Below are positions 11,522-24,408 of a stretch of 64,000 nt of DNA, one piece after another. Under the pieces are notes generated by a model. The model saw only the letters and a list, made by a program, of their open reading frames with translations. It ran no database searches and was not told the DNA's origin. This stretch comes from Amoebophrya sp. A120 (Eukaryota; Protista; Dinoflagellata). Both the position numbers and the translations under genes were made by a program. Each line of letters starts with the position of its first letter. Positions within the stretch are counted from its first letter, which is position 1. The stretch lies in NCBI GenBank assembly GCA_905178155.1, contig CAJINV010000003.1, forward strand, positions 4,307,835 to 4,371,834. Reading direction: 5' to 3'.

Positions 11522-12980
11522 CTTGTGTCAAGTAGATGTCGCCTTTGCTAGTCGTACTCGTGCTCCACCAGAGCGAAGGAGGACACAATTCCAATTCTGA
11601 AAACAGCTCTTGTCGTTTGTTTTTCAGAAGGTTTCGGTCTAGTGCAGACTCACGTTTGCCGTCCTGCGGGATTGGACTTTTCACGTTAGCTGGGACAGTT
11701 GGCCAAGAGATGTACCACTGGGAAGGCAGTCGACAACAGGTTCTCCTTTGCTCCCCTTGCGTCACTCCAATCCGGGCTGCCGCGTGGTATGCTGCCCCCA
11801 AAGGAGAGACCAGCTCCAGAACTTCAACAGAATTTTTAACAGCGCTGTCTGCGGTCCGCTACGCCTTCTTACGTACTTACTTGCCAGAAGATAGCCAAAC
11901 GTACACGTAGTCAGTGCAGCTATCACTGTGAGGCGGTAAAGAAAAAAATCTCCTAGAGGTGTCGACCTACGAAAGAAGAATGAATCGCTCCGCTCGAAAA
12001 CGAAAACAGATATCGAACAAGGGTCAGCTCGATGGATCAGAGTCTAACAAACATTGATGGAGTGGTCCTGCAAGATTTCAATAGATTTAAATTTACCTGC
12101 ATGGTAAATGATTTTCGGAGTGGTTACCGCGTCCAATAGTAATTCAGCGGTGATCGTACGTGGTAAGTGCTCTCGTGCTAGCCGAACGATGGTTTCATCT
12201 GCCTCAATAGGAGAGGAACAAGAACGAGTTGTAACGAGTACGATTAATAATAATAATAATAAGATTCCTTAAAAGGCGCTAGCCAATCGACAGAGCCGAT
12301 TATGGCAGCGAATGTCTGGAAATCTCTGTTGTTCTCTTTCACTTGGACTGGTGATGTCACATCAGAGAGTTTGGAACGATTACTATGCAGCTAATATGCA
12401 CCGATCTGCGATTGCGATGTTCTACTTCGGCTTAATGAAGTTACAGGAGTTCGATTGCTGAATTAAGTGAAATTCCTCTCTGCACAATCGCAAGCGCTTT
12501 TTCGCGACGAGCGTAGAAGTAGAACAGCAAGGCGAATAGCAGTGCGCAAACTTTCGCTTTTTCATTTTTTTCTTTTCTGGGTTGCAGTTGGAAATTCTCT
12601 AGTTGCGTACTCTGTCTTGAAATCTGGTTATTGTTGCGGGGGTTCAAGTTGTAAAACCTTGGTTAGCTGCTGCCATTGGGATACCATCCCGTTCAGACGA
12701 ACTTAAAGTCAACAATAGAATTCAAGTCTGCGCTCACAAATAGTACCAGCCGTCAGAGACCGTCAAACGAGTTGAAAAAATTTTTGGTAACAATTGCGAT
12801 GCATATATCCGTAAGTTTTCGTATTTCGATTCCATGATGGTGTAGCTCTAGCTCGTTCAAAATCAGGTTGTTGATGCAAAGAAATTCCGTTCTCAAGTTT
12901 TTTCTTCGAAAGTGTTGATGTTGATGCAGCTCCATGATAGTACCGACTTCCACTATATTCATTCGCTCTCCTCGTTACCC

Positions 12981-13818
12981 TCAGCGGCGGCGGGAGTCCG
13001 ACTTGGAGCGGGAGCGGTCGCGCTTGGAGCCCGCCCGGTCCTCCTTCTTGGAACCACGGTCGCGGTCTCCACCGCGGCTGCGGGAGCGGGAGCGATCACC
13101 GCCCCGGGGGCGGGAATCCGCCCGGGCTTGGAAGCGACCGCCCTGGCCCTTCGGCTTGCCGCACCGCATGCACTCCTGGCGCGCGGCGAAGTTCATGAAG
13201 TCGCAGCTGTCGCAGATCCAGTCCCCCGGCTTCATGCTCTGCTTCCCCTTGCCCTTGCCCTTGGGGGAACGGCTGCGGGAATCGCGGCGGCCACGCCCGC
13301 GCCCACGGGAGTCGTTGCGCCCGCGGCGGCGGGAGTCACCCCGTTTGCCCCGGCCCTTCGCGCGCTCGCGTGCGTCATGGTCCCCGGTTCCGCCAGTCAC
13401 CATCAGGGCGCGCTCCTTCCCGTTCCGGGCACGCTCGTCCTCCACGACCTCCATTTCAACCTGATGTGTAAAGATGAAGTGGATTGATGCTCTTGGACCA
13501 GATAAGAGATGTTCCCGCCGCTGGCTTCTAGTTGCTTTTGAGCGCGGGTGACATGCACGATGAATCTTGTATGTAGAAGATGTAGTAGTACATCAAACAT
13601 ATCTTCAGTGACATCAAGCAAATTTACAACATGCGACGTACTACGCAACAAATAGTACTACGTACCTTGTCATTTTCCATCAACGGACGGCCCTCCACAT
13701 CGACGGAGTGAACGAAGACGTCGATTCCCGCCTTTCTCCCCTTGGTCACCTCGATGAAGCCATAACCCTTCTCCAGGTTGAACCACTTCACGACGCCCGG
13801 CACGCGTTCTCCGCCCAT
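12981..13818 (-). CDS. Cold-shock domain + RanBP2-type zinc finger + RS/RG-rich protein, paralogue 1
   Basis: Exon 13818-13666 has [15 protein letters not shown] and DVFVH (RNP1/RNP2). GT-AG intron 13665-13461. Exon 13460-12981 has [22 protein letters not shown] and RS dipeptides. Confidence 0.92.
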
Positions 13819-15374
13819 GTTGTGATAAATTTATCTGTTCTTCAACGAGTACGTCCTTAAAAATGCTGGTCCTCCTTGCTTCCCCGATCAGGAAACGGTG
13901 AGATAGAATCAAATCGAAATAGAATTCCGAACAGCCTGTGATGTTTGTTGAAAAAGTCTCCGAGCGAGTAGTTGCGGTGGTTTCGCCCGAGGGAATCCGA
14001 AAGTCAAGTATTCCTACGCACCCGCCGAAATAAAGTAGAGCTGGACGGGGGAAATGTGCGCTTGTTGTAGCTCAGGTTCAACCACAACTAACTGGAATCA
14101 CGGTAAAAGTTGTCCCACAGCACCTCCAAGGGATGATAGATCCTGTAGTGCCCGCACGTTGTGCTACCGGAACGGCAACGGCTATAGTATAGTAAATTTC
14201 GTCGTGCGTGCAGGGGAATTGATAAGAGGCATTTTGCTTGAGGAGCCCACGCTGCACCGTTCCAATTTATGGCAATGTCGGGACAACCTGCGGGTACGCA
14301 CGCCGAGCCTCTACCACCTTCTGCGCTCGCAACACTGACAAGATCTCCGCCTTTCACAATTTTGAAGAACCCCGTTCGAGAATTTCGTTTCCGAGCAGCG
14401 CTGATCTTGATTCGCATTTGCATTTCGCACGTAGACATCTGCGCGAGAACGAGCATCGGCCCTTCGTCTAGCAGCTATCGACGTTAAAACTAGGACCCTG
14501 TCTTACGAAATCGATTTTAGGGCGTCTCTATGATCTCCGACCCGTCCCGACCTTTTTGTGACAAACTCGTAGGACATAGCGACAAACAAACCTGTATCTG
14601 CTCGAGTCTACCCCTACGTATCTTCTTCCTCGATATCATGATGAACAGGTGGACATTGTAGATATTACCTCTCATGCAAGTAGCTACCCCCCTTTGTACC
14701 ACTGCGAGCGGTGTTTGCGTTTGCATATTTCCAGTCTGTCTTCCTGTTCGACAACGACATTGACAGTTAGTGCATGAGATAAAACAGTGAATTCGGCGCG
14801 CAATGGACGATTGTGATAATCTCGATAAACAAATGTTGTGGTGCATTGGTGCCAATCCAAAGCCCCCGCTCCGATCGGGACGTTACGAGAACCATGGACT
14901 GCCACTGCTCCCGGTACGTAGCTCCAAAAAAAAATAGCTTGGTTCCACATCCACGTGAACGATCGAAAACGCGAAAGCAACTAGCCCCTTTTTTATGCAT
15001 GTTAAACCTCTGGTTGAAGTTGGATTTTTTGCTAAACCTCCTCGTTGTGACTTCGTGGTGGAGATGAGATGGCTTTTGATCGTGCGAGCGCCTTCAAGAG
15101 TAAATCAAACCTGATGTCCTCCTGGTCGACACCTGTTGTATGATATCAATGTTTTTTTGTTCTAGAGCAAGATCATTTCCTTTTCCATTGAAGATGGAAG
15201 TAACGAAAAACTAAACCCGAAGTGGTGTCAATCTATGCATCCGATCACAAATCTAACCCTTCACCTTGCGCAAAATCAAAAAATCGCGTTGTATGAATGT
15301 TGCTACCATGATTTTTTCGTTTTCCAATCTCCGTTTCCGAAATCTGTTTCGGTCCTTCTTCACTGCCCGGGCCT

Positions 15375-16245
15375 CTAGCGGCGGCGGGAGTCAGCACGAC
15401 CACGGGACTTCTCCTTGTCGCCCCCACGGGACTCCTTGTCGCCCCCACGGGACCTGGATCGGGAGCGGGACTTCTCCTTGCGGCGCTGGTCGGGAGAACG
15501 GCTGCGGGAGCGGGAGTCACGGCGCTTGCCACCCGGGACGCGACCACCCGGGGCCTTGACTGCGCCGCACTTGAGGCACTCCTTTCGGGACGCAAAATTC
15601 ATGAAGCTGCACTTGTCGCATTCCCAGTCACCCGGCTTGACGGACGTCTTTCCCTTGCCCTTGCGCGGGGAATCGCGGCGACGGCGGGAGTCACGGCGAC
15701 CACGGGAGTCGCGGCGACCACGCGAGTCTCGGCGGCCGCGGCCCTTTCCGTCTCCCTTCGCGCGCTCACGGGCATCGTAGTCTCCAGTGCCCCCAGTCAC
15801 GTTGGCGGCACGATCCTTGCTGGACGTCCGGTCGTCGTCCGCAATGTTGAACTCGACCTGCAGTTGGTGTTGCTTTAATTCTCTTTCCGAAAAATAACAG
15901 GAGGCTCAGACAAAACTGAAACAGCAAATTCAAACTTTAATTTTTCACACACAGTAAGTGAAGAAAATAAGTACTCCAAAGCCAATCAGGAGGCCAAATC
16001 GATCCTAAAGTCTTGATGCTACCTATGCGTCGCGATCGCGAACAAACAAGACAACTGAAAAATAATTCTGGCGAAGGCAAGAAAGTGCGTACCTTGTCGT
16101 TCTCCATCAGCGGGCGTCCCTTGATGTCGGATGCGTGAACGAAGACGTCCGTTCCCTTGTCCTTGCCGTTGGTGATTTCGATAAATCCGAACCCCTTCAC
16201 GAGGTCGAACCACTTTACGGTTCCCGTCAACATGTCTCCGCCCAT
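15375..16245 (-). CDS. Cold-shock domain + RanBP2-type zinc finger + RS-rich protein, paralogue 2
   Basis: Exon 16245-16093 has [15 protein letters not shown] and DVFVH. Intron 16092-15858 is at the same position as in paralogue 1. Exon 15857-15375 has [22 protein letters not shown] and RRDSRG repeats. Confidence 0.92.
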
Positions 16246-18518
16246 GGTTGATGCTTTTTGATCGACTTTTACGGCTTACGGTTCTTACGTCACCCAGTAG
16301 AGTAACGAGGAATGTTTTGCGAAAGGGCAAACGAGAAAACTGTGATAGCTGGCTGCGATTGGATAACCACTGGAAGATTTCGCCCGGCAGGTACACCTCT
16401 ACGATTCCAAAAAGTTTCCTGTCAACGTTTTTTGCAATGCCACAAGAATAGAAGGGACTGCGGTTCCGCTGCGGCGAAGAGAGGTCTCCGACCACTGCCG
16501 AACCAAAGGTGTTGCCGAAGCTAGGTAGTGTGTGTGGACTCCGTAGTGCTGTGTTCGCTAGGAAATGTAGTGGAGGACTCTTGGTAACGGTATCGGTACG
16601 TAGGTAGATAGAAAAACACGCGCCTTCGAGGACGTATCGCCGGTGCAATTGCCTGACCGGTCGCAATCGCCCCGCCCGCGCTTCGCGTCTGTCTACGATG
16701 TAGTACACTAGTGCAACTTCTACGACCCTCCGTCACGTAGTGCTTCCTTGTGCTCGCAGTTAAAATTCTTGATCCTCACCGAAACGTGTTCGCGTGCGCT
16801 GGCTACCAACAGCGGATAAAAATTTCATGATCCGCCCCTTTTCAGGGTAACTTCGCCAGGGCTCCCCTGTCACTCGCTGAAAAACTCCCAGCTGTCAAGA
16901 GCGCTGCGAAAAGGAACAGGAAGCGGGCACAGGCATCATCATCCCGTCCCGGCTTCTATTTCTCTGGGCCTTCATCGACAACGAGAATTGCGAGTCCCGA
17001 GCCTTGCAGTGCCTCGCGTATTCCTCTGTGGCTTTGCGATCGGAAGTTTTGTCGCACGACCCGCGCCACATTGAGCTGTTCTTGCAACTACGGCCACGAT
17101 CGGAAATCTCTCTCCATGTCTTTCCCCCCTATTACACCACCAGCCGGCAAGTTGCGCTAGCCAACGTGTTGATCATCGTGCCAAACGTCTATCTGTGCCC
17201 GTTGAAAAACAACGAACTTCCCTAGCACAGAACCCGACGCCGCGGCCGATCACCTTCATTGCGGCGAACAGCTGCTGGATCGCTCAAAGCCGTCCTGTGT
17301 TTGTTCGCGGAAGAAAAAGGCGACGTGAGGGCCTATTTGTTTGGGCGCGGCGTTATTTTCATCAGATATCGTGCCCAGATTGATGGACAAAAGAGAACTA
17401 CCTGATCCAAGTAAGTGTGGGCGTTGGATGGGCTTAGCGGCAACGCGTGGCTGCGGGGGGCTTTTCGCGCATTTTCGCGATCCTTGCCGCGGTGCGCAAA
17501 TGCGCGGCGCCGACGCGGTCGCAAATGATTCATACAAGAAATAAATCAACAGCGATCATTGCGATGGGCTCTGCAGTCGTGCTAGGTAGCGTGTTTACCT
17601 CCCCAGGATCAGCTACTGCGCGCTAGTGCGCCAAGCCCTCTATGTTTCCATACTGCAGTCGTGAACGTTAAGCATAAGCGATGTGTTACATTAGATAACG
17701 GATCCCATTTTCAAACATGCGTTGGGTAGTGTACTTACGTGTATTTCGATCGGGTCGATGTCGGTTTGCGAACGCGAAGCCGCATGAAAAATTTGCTCCA
17801 GAGAGAGCGTGAATAGCCGTATCCTCTGAAAAAGTGTTCCGTCTGATGTTACTGCAAAGATCTCTGCTGAGCGGCACTCGTCAGTAGAAGTACTAACTTG
17901 TTTAGTTCGTAGAAACTAGAAAGGTGATCTCAATTTATGCTCACTTGGATTTTTGACTCTGCTATTTTGCTTTTGGGTGCAGGGGGAAATGAACTCATTT
18001 TTACTTTGATCGTCTCAAAAGTCAGACCTCCTCCAGTGCATTTAGCATTTTTGCGGTTTCTTTTGGTTTCTGTAATTGGATCTTCGGCGACTCAGTTTCG
18101 TTTTCCTTCAGATGAAAAGATCTCGACTGCTGATACATCAATATTCAGTCCGTCCGCTTTTGAGTTGCCTGCTCAAGATTGAACGTCGACCATCAATAGG
18201 CACTACTTCTGCGTGGCGAATCAAACACATAAAGACAGAACTGACTTACAACAAGTGCTGGCACACAAGTACTTAGAACAAGAGGTCAAGCATTTTTCCT
18301 CATATACTATATCACCATGTCTCACTTCAGGAGCTCGAGTTCCGTCACACAAGAAGTGAAAGACGTCATATTCCGAGTCGCTCGTCCGTGAAGTTCGTGT
18401 TATTCTTTCGGAACTACACTGAGCAAATCCTTTTGCCTTTTTTGATTCATTGTGCGAGCGCGAGGACGACTTCAACATCTACATCCTGCAACTAAAAGCC
18501 TCAAAAATATGTCTGTTA

Positions 18519-19840
18519 CTACAGCCCTGGAGCCACGTCTTCGTCTCTGGTGCCGTCATTTTGCAGCAGCGGCGAGGTGAAGAAGGACAGGTAGCCGTTT
18601 TTCTGTGACTCGCCCAGAAAGTATCGGACGATGATGGGGTGGTTCTGCCTGAAAAAAAGATCTACTCGTCCAACCTGATTCGCGCAACTGGTAAACGTTT
18701 GCAGGAACTTGAGTGGAAACCGCTGCTCGAAGCTTCGTCGCATGCCGGAGAGATCGACCCAGTGCTCCTTGTTCGTCATTGTGTCGTTCTTTTGTGGTAT
18801 GCTCAGGTGCGTACTTACACCTGAAAATGTAAATGAAGATGTCGTGCATATTTTAAAGGGAGTACTATTAGCTGCAAAAAACATAAAGAAAGAAGCTCCG
18901 AACCACGAGCGAAAGCTCCGCCACTAGGTCCTCGTACCTGTTTCCCTGCTTTCTATGGAGCACCTGAAAATCTGGGGGTCGACGGAGATGCGGACATTCG
19001 CTGCCTGGGTCTGCAGGGCGTTTACCATGTACAACAGTGTCTTGCTGTTCATGCGGACTTGGTTGTCGTAGTATTCGCTCGGGACGTTTGACACCTTCAT
19101 CCGATCATCCTCAGTTATCTTCAAAAGCGGCAGCTTCGCGTTGAATTCCTGATCGATGTTGGTACGACAGTAGATGAAATAACTACAGGACTCAGTCTCA
19201 GCCGAAGCTTTTCCTTTCTTCATCAAAATCACTGAGACCTGAGGTTGCACGACGTCAACTCCGATACATTGAGGATGGGAAATCGTCTACCTTACCTCGC
19301 TAGTTTTGCGCTTTCCCGCGGACGTTTCGATGTAGGATAATCCGAGAAATGTCGGATTATCGTTACTGTAGATTTCTATGTGGTTGCCTGCCTCCGCACC
19401 AGCAATCATTTTCAGCAGCCACCGAACGTCCAGCTTCCATGAGATACTGATGTAGATTGATTTGGTCTTTCGCGATTCATGTTCATCGACTCACAAAAAG
19501 AAGCAAGCGCCGTCTCGCAGCAGTAATCCTGCCACAGTGCGATTGGTTTGCCTTTGCTATGCAGAAGCACGGGAACAATTACAAATAAGTAAAAACAGAG
19601 CCTGGTGACCATCCCGACACAACATACTTACCAGGTTTTTGCCGTGCGAAAGAACTCGAAGTGAGAGAAGCCGTCAAAGCTGATTTTCCAGTCGCAGAGT
19701 GCTACCAAGGCATCGTCTTGTGCGTGCCCGAACATCCCTTCTTCCTCCTTTACCGTAATTACTACGGTGTTACTCAACCCCTCCAAACCTTTAAGCACCA
19801 TGGCCAGGTGCTGGGCCTCGATTACGCACGCAAACGGCAT
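18519..19840 (-). CDS. Divergent PCNA-like sliding clamp, multi-exon
   Basis: Exons follow the PCNA pattern: MPFACVIEA...GMFGHAQDDALVAL...DGFSHF; FNAKLPLLKI...QVRMNSKTL; QRFPLKFLQTFT...HPIIVRYFLG...GYLSFFTSP. Similarity is low and was judged by eye. Confidence 0.7.
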
Positions 19841-20884
19841 TGTGGTTGATACTTAGTGATACTTACCAAAGGCAATGCGAAAGACAAACAGGAGCAAAGA
19901 GTAAGTCGCTTCGAGGTGGATTTGCCTGAACTCAGTGCAAAAACTGGTGCGATGGTGTTTCGAATATGCCGAATCAAGGCGCGAAGGCCCCGCCCGGCGA
20001 CTCAAGGGAAAATAAGACCTACAATTATTGAACTGTCCATTGAAAAACCTATGGATGTCACGCTGAAGGAATACTCTTCCACTAGAACTCACTATACACC
20101 AGAACCAGAAGAATGATTTCAACAAATCATGATTGCTTTTGGTGTTTGCCTAAGACATGTCGTTGGCGACGCAACTTAGCCACGATCACAAGCATCACAG
20201 ACATCTTGTCTTTTTTATCACGATTACTCCAGCTGAGTGCACAAACAGCCTCGGATTGATGTCAAGAAAACAAGTTGTCCTTCATACTAACTCAATACTT
20301 TAACCAGCGAGCAGGCAGCGTGCACAGACTTTCATGACTCGGTCGCCTTCGTACGACAGGTGCCTGTTGGAACGCGCTGATCGCCCATCCGTACCACCAT
20401 CAGGAATCACGAATACGATCTTCGAACTGAGCATGAGTTTGGCACGAAACGAACGTGATTATCAGTATGTTGACCTCGTCATCTGGATCTGGTTCCTGCT
20501 ATCAACGATTGCCTTCTTAAGACGCTAAGAAAGCAGTGAACACACCACGGGCCACGGCTTCAACTTTTGTCTGCGTATCTATGTCATTCATATTTCGGCA
20601 TGCTCTTTCTCCATGCTTGTCATTTGTATTTGTTGAAGGAGGATTACCATTACCGAAAAAACGGTGAACAGAAAATGCTACTTGCCGATGCATGTCGTCT
20701 AGGGTATTTCACGCACACCGTGGCAGTGGCAAGTTCGAAACTAGAAAGAAACCGAAACATTCAGAAGCCGTTCATCTACATCGTTGTGTAGTTCATCTTC
20801 ATTTACTTTTACTATACATTTCCATATAGACACCAGCACCCTGCTCCGTTACGGTATCAGCGCAGAGTACGTAGCCCCCACTGT

Positions 20885-21554
20885 TCATATAGGACTGAGA
20901 ATGTTTCGTATGAGACCCCCCGTAGCCGGATCCGTACTAACTTGCGTGACGAAATTTACGTCCAGCAGCGAATCGTCGTCCCGCATGAGAGAAAAGACGA
21001 GCAGTCCGACGTTTTTCAGCACATCCTTCGCGAGTTTTTCTGGCATCTCTAGGTTTTCGATGTGCCACACAACCTCGTTAGCGCTGTCTGGGGACACCGT
21101 TGCTGGATATTCAGCGACCTGCTCCGTCTCGCCGAATTCGACCTAAAATGGTAGTGGTTTGCTTTTGTGCTGAGCCAGTGCTTTTTCTTGTTTTTGATTT
21201 CGTTTTTACAAAAGGAAAAGAAAATACAGCGTCAGCGCATGCGTTTGTATCTTATGTAGTGAGGGAAATACATCCTTGAGAGCGGCGAGAACAAAACAAA
21301 TAAGCAATGCAGCATGGGAGAAACAAAAAAATTTGATAGCGATCAACCGGAACAAAGGAATGTTGTATGCGTACTATTTTTGTCTTCTTCGCAGTATCCA
21401 CGGAGAAGCGTATGCGCCATCTTGCGTTTGGTATGGCGAATGGGTGTGTAAAACGCAGGCGAATGGTGAGTGGGTCCTCCAAAGCGCAATCGTTCGGCGA
21501 AATATCAACGCCGACGACATCAATCTCCTCCTCCGGCTGCTCTACCGCCGCCAT
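20885..21554 (-). CDS. ASF1-like histone-chaperone-fold protein (2 exons)
   Basis: IDVVGVDISPNDCALEDPLTIRLRF...WRIRFSVD. GT-AG intron 21374-21143. Second exon ...DVLKNVGLLVFSL...VNFVTQV. The beta-strand pattern resembles ASF1. Confidence 0.6.
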
Positions 21555-21986
21555 TTCTTTTGTATATTTATGTGCAGGAGCGCCACGCCGGTTCACTCGT
21601 TACTAGTCCTCATCTACAGGTGCTTTGTCAGGAGTAGGATCTTCGTACGCAGAGCAACCGCCTTTCTCAGACACGATTGCTCACATGCTTACTTGTTTCT
21701 GCTCGCCATAACCTTACTTTCTCTGCTCCACACCGCGAACCACATTGACTCGCCACCCACGTTATTTTCCATCGCTAGAATTAAAATTACTTACATGGTT
21801 TGGTACTCCCGGATCGACTCTATAGCCTCGTTGGAACGGCGACACGCGAGAGTGCAGGTGACAGAAAAAAATAGAAAAGCAAAAGCAACACTGCAGCGCC
21901 TTCCTGTGGAACTCCGTGATGCACTGGCGTCAAGCAAGGGAATCAATCGAAGCCGTCTACGTAAGTAGATCGACCTATATAGGTTT

Positions 21987-24030
21987 CTATCTTTTTACTT
22001 CGCGAAACCCGCGGTAAAAGCGTTCGTGGTTCGTTCGTATTCTCTCAAGGACGGCCACTTTGTCCTCCTCTTTTTCAACAAGCAGGAAGTGTTCTATCTG
22101 GCCCCGACAGGCCTCCAAAGTCCACAAATAGGGCCCCATATGCTGAAAATTTTGTTCCCGCAGCTCGTCCTGATAATCGACGAAGCGGCCCCAGTCTGCC
22201 GCCGTCCAGTTCGCTAGCCGTTCCGGGCCGGGAAGCGCGAAGCAGGACCGTTCCGCGCCGTCCTCAATGAGCATGGCCGCCAGTGTGCGACCCGGGTTCC
22301 GCGGGCAAGGTACCGCGAAATCGTGCACGCGGCAGGGCTGTTCGTTGCCTGTTTGCAACTCCTGCAACTCCAAATAGTCCGTGCCGGTGTTGCGAAACGC
22401 GCCCATCCAAGGGTGGATCACGAAATCCTCGCGGTCGGTGATCTTCGAAAAGTCGTGCACGTTCCCCAGCGGCATCATCCCGCCCTTCTGCCCCTCGCCC
22501 AAGTCCAGCGCCTGCCGGTTCTCGTCCCCGAAGATCATGGTCTTCACGTCGACCTGAATGTCGCTCCAGTCGCCCACCTGGGCGGCGCGACTTCGGAAGG
22601 TACGGTGTCCGTACGCGATGTTGCGATCCGTGTCTCGAATGTAGCTGTTGATGTCTATCAGCAGCGTCGCGGGTTGCTTTCGGATGCAGTACAGCAGATC
22701 CTTTCGAAAGTACTCCACGGGGAGTGGCTTAATTCTATCATCCTCTGTCATTTCCCGGTGACCGCCAGCCGCCTCGATCTCCGCGTTGGTCTTCCCTTTG
22801 TGGTAAAAGTCGTGTACCTCCTGCGCGGCCTGGACACCCTCATGAGGCTGCACCGTTGTTTTCACGAAGCACTTGACATCCGGGGACCACTTCTCCAAAA
22901 CGAGAGTCAGTGTTTTTTGCAAGTAGCTCCACTCCTGTTCGTCTTTCACGCCGATCACAATTCCACATTGCTTGGAAAAATCATGCTGTGAGGACGGCCA
23001 CAATCTGATTCTTTCTGGACGACTACTAGAGCTAGTCCAGTTCAACATCACATGCAACAGACGATCACGCCGGCCCCACATCTACTGCGAGCCGCACAGC
23101 ATAATATCGCGAATCATTTTTTTCTGTCGATAAATCAATGTCGTTTTCCAGGAAATCTGGGTGATTTCTCAGTTCCCGCGCGCCCGCGGCGCCGTACCGC
23201 ATCAACGCGATGAGCGTGCCGCGGATGGGAAACCAATCGAGCTTCATTTCGTTCGTGAAAATGTCCGCGATCTCCTTGAAACTGCTGTGATAGTAGGCCG
23301 TGAAATCCTCATCGCTCAGCCCCTTTTGCTTGTCCACGTCCGTTCCCAGATGGTCCGCGTACGCGTCCTTCCCCGCCTGTATGTCCTCTGCGAACCACTG
23401 CCGGTACTTGTCCGCCCGCTCCCACCCGGACACGATGTTCCAGCCCTCGACGAGCCGGAGTAACCCGTCGTACGTGACGTCGCTAGACAGCTCGTGGTAC
23501 AGCGCGGTGAACTCCGCGACGATCTCCGCCGACTTCTTCAGCCGTTTCTGCTGCACTGCGATCTCGCTGTACGCGTCGGTGTACGTGACCGCCATGGTGT
23601 TTTCCAGCTCCAGCACGAGGGTCTGCAACGCGATCAAGGGGCACACGTCCACGATCACCTGCCGAAACTGCATCAGCGTCCCGCTCAGCCCGCCCACGTA
23701 CAGCTCGGCGCCCGAGTTGTAGAAGTCGTCGTAGTGCTTCTTGATGTGCTGGTACGTCATAAACATGTCCCCATTCTGAATACCCCCGCGCTCGCACGCG
23801 TTCCTCACCTTCTCCTCGGAAAACTTACCGGTGTGCTCGTCGCGCCCGGTCTCGGTTTCGATCAGCTCCCCGGGGTAGTCCGTCGGAAACCGGCTCACCG
23901 CCTCAAACTGGTCCGGCACAAGCGCGTCGCGATCACTCTGGGCTCGCGCTTTATCACTTGCGCTGGTGCTGAGAAAAAAAAAACGAACCAGGAGAAGAAG
24001 TAACGACTTGATGACAGCGAAAACCAACAT
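21987..24030 (-). CDS. Putative secreted protein of unknown function (~640 aa, two exons)
   Basis: ORFs 23065-24081 and 21987-23081 both show strong GC3 bias and can be joined in frame by a ~110-135-nt intron near 22982-23103. Hydrophobic start MLVFAVIKSLLLLLVRFFFLSTSAS. Confidence 0.65.
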
Positions 24031-24408
24031 CTTGTGAAAGCGAGATTTGGAGGCGTTGTGGAATATTGCGACGAGCCACACCGGTCTTCTTGCACTGGCA
24101 GTTCAATGCTACCGATCGCCTCCTTCAGATGATTGCGACTATTTGACCTTCGAATTACGCATGTCTGGCACGAGCCTTACGTCGGTACCCACAGCGGAAC
24201 AAATAAAAAAGAACCGGAGCATGTCGTCCACCAGCATCACCATTTTCAAAATCAAATTACTCAACATTTTTTCGCTATGAAACTTGGGAACGTCGCTGTG
24301 TGCTTTTGTATTTCAGAACTATATTCAACGAACCTCACGCGGAGCGGGTGCGGGAGCGGAGGCCGGGGACAAGACTATTCACCACAAAAAAACGTAAAGA
24401 AGTAGTCA

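Noticed and set aside
12770-12910. Weak inverted repeat (GAAAAAA.TT...AAC)
   Set aside because: Low-complexity match without TAT/ATA ends or a target duplication.
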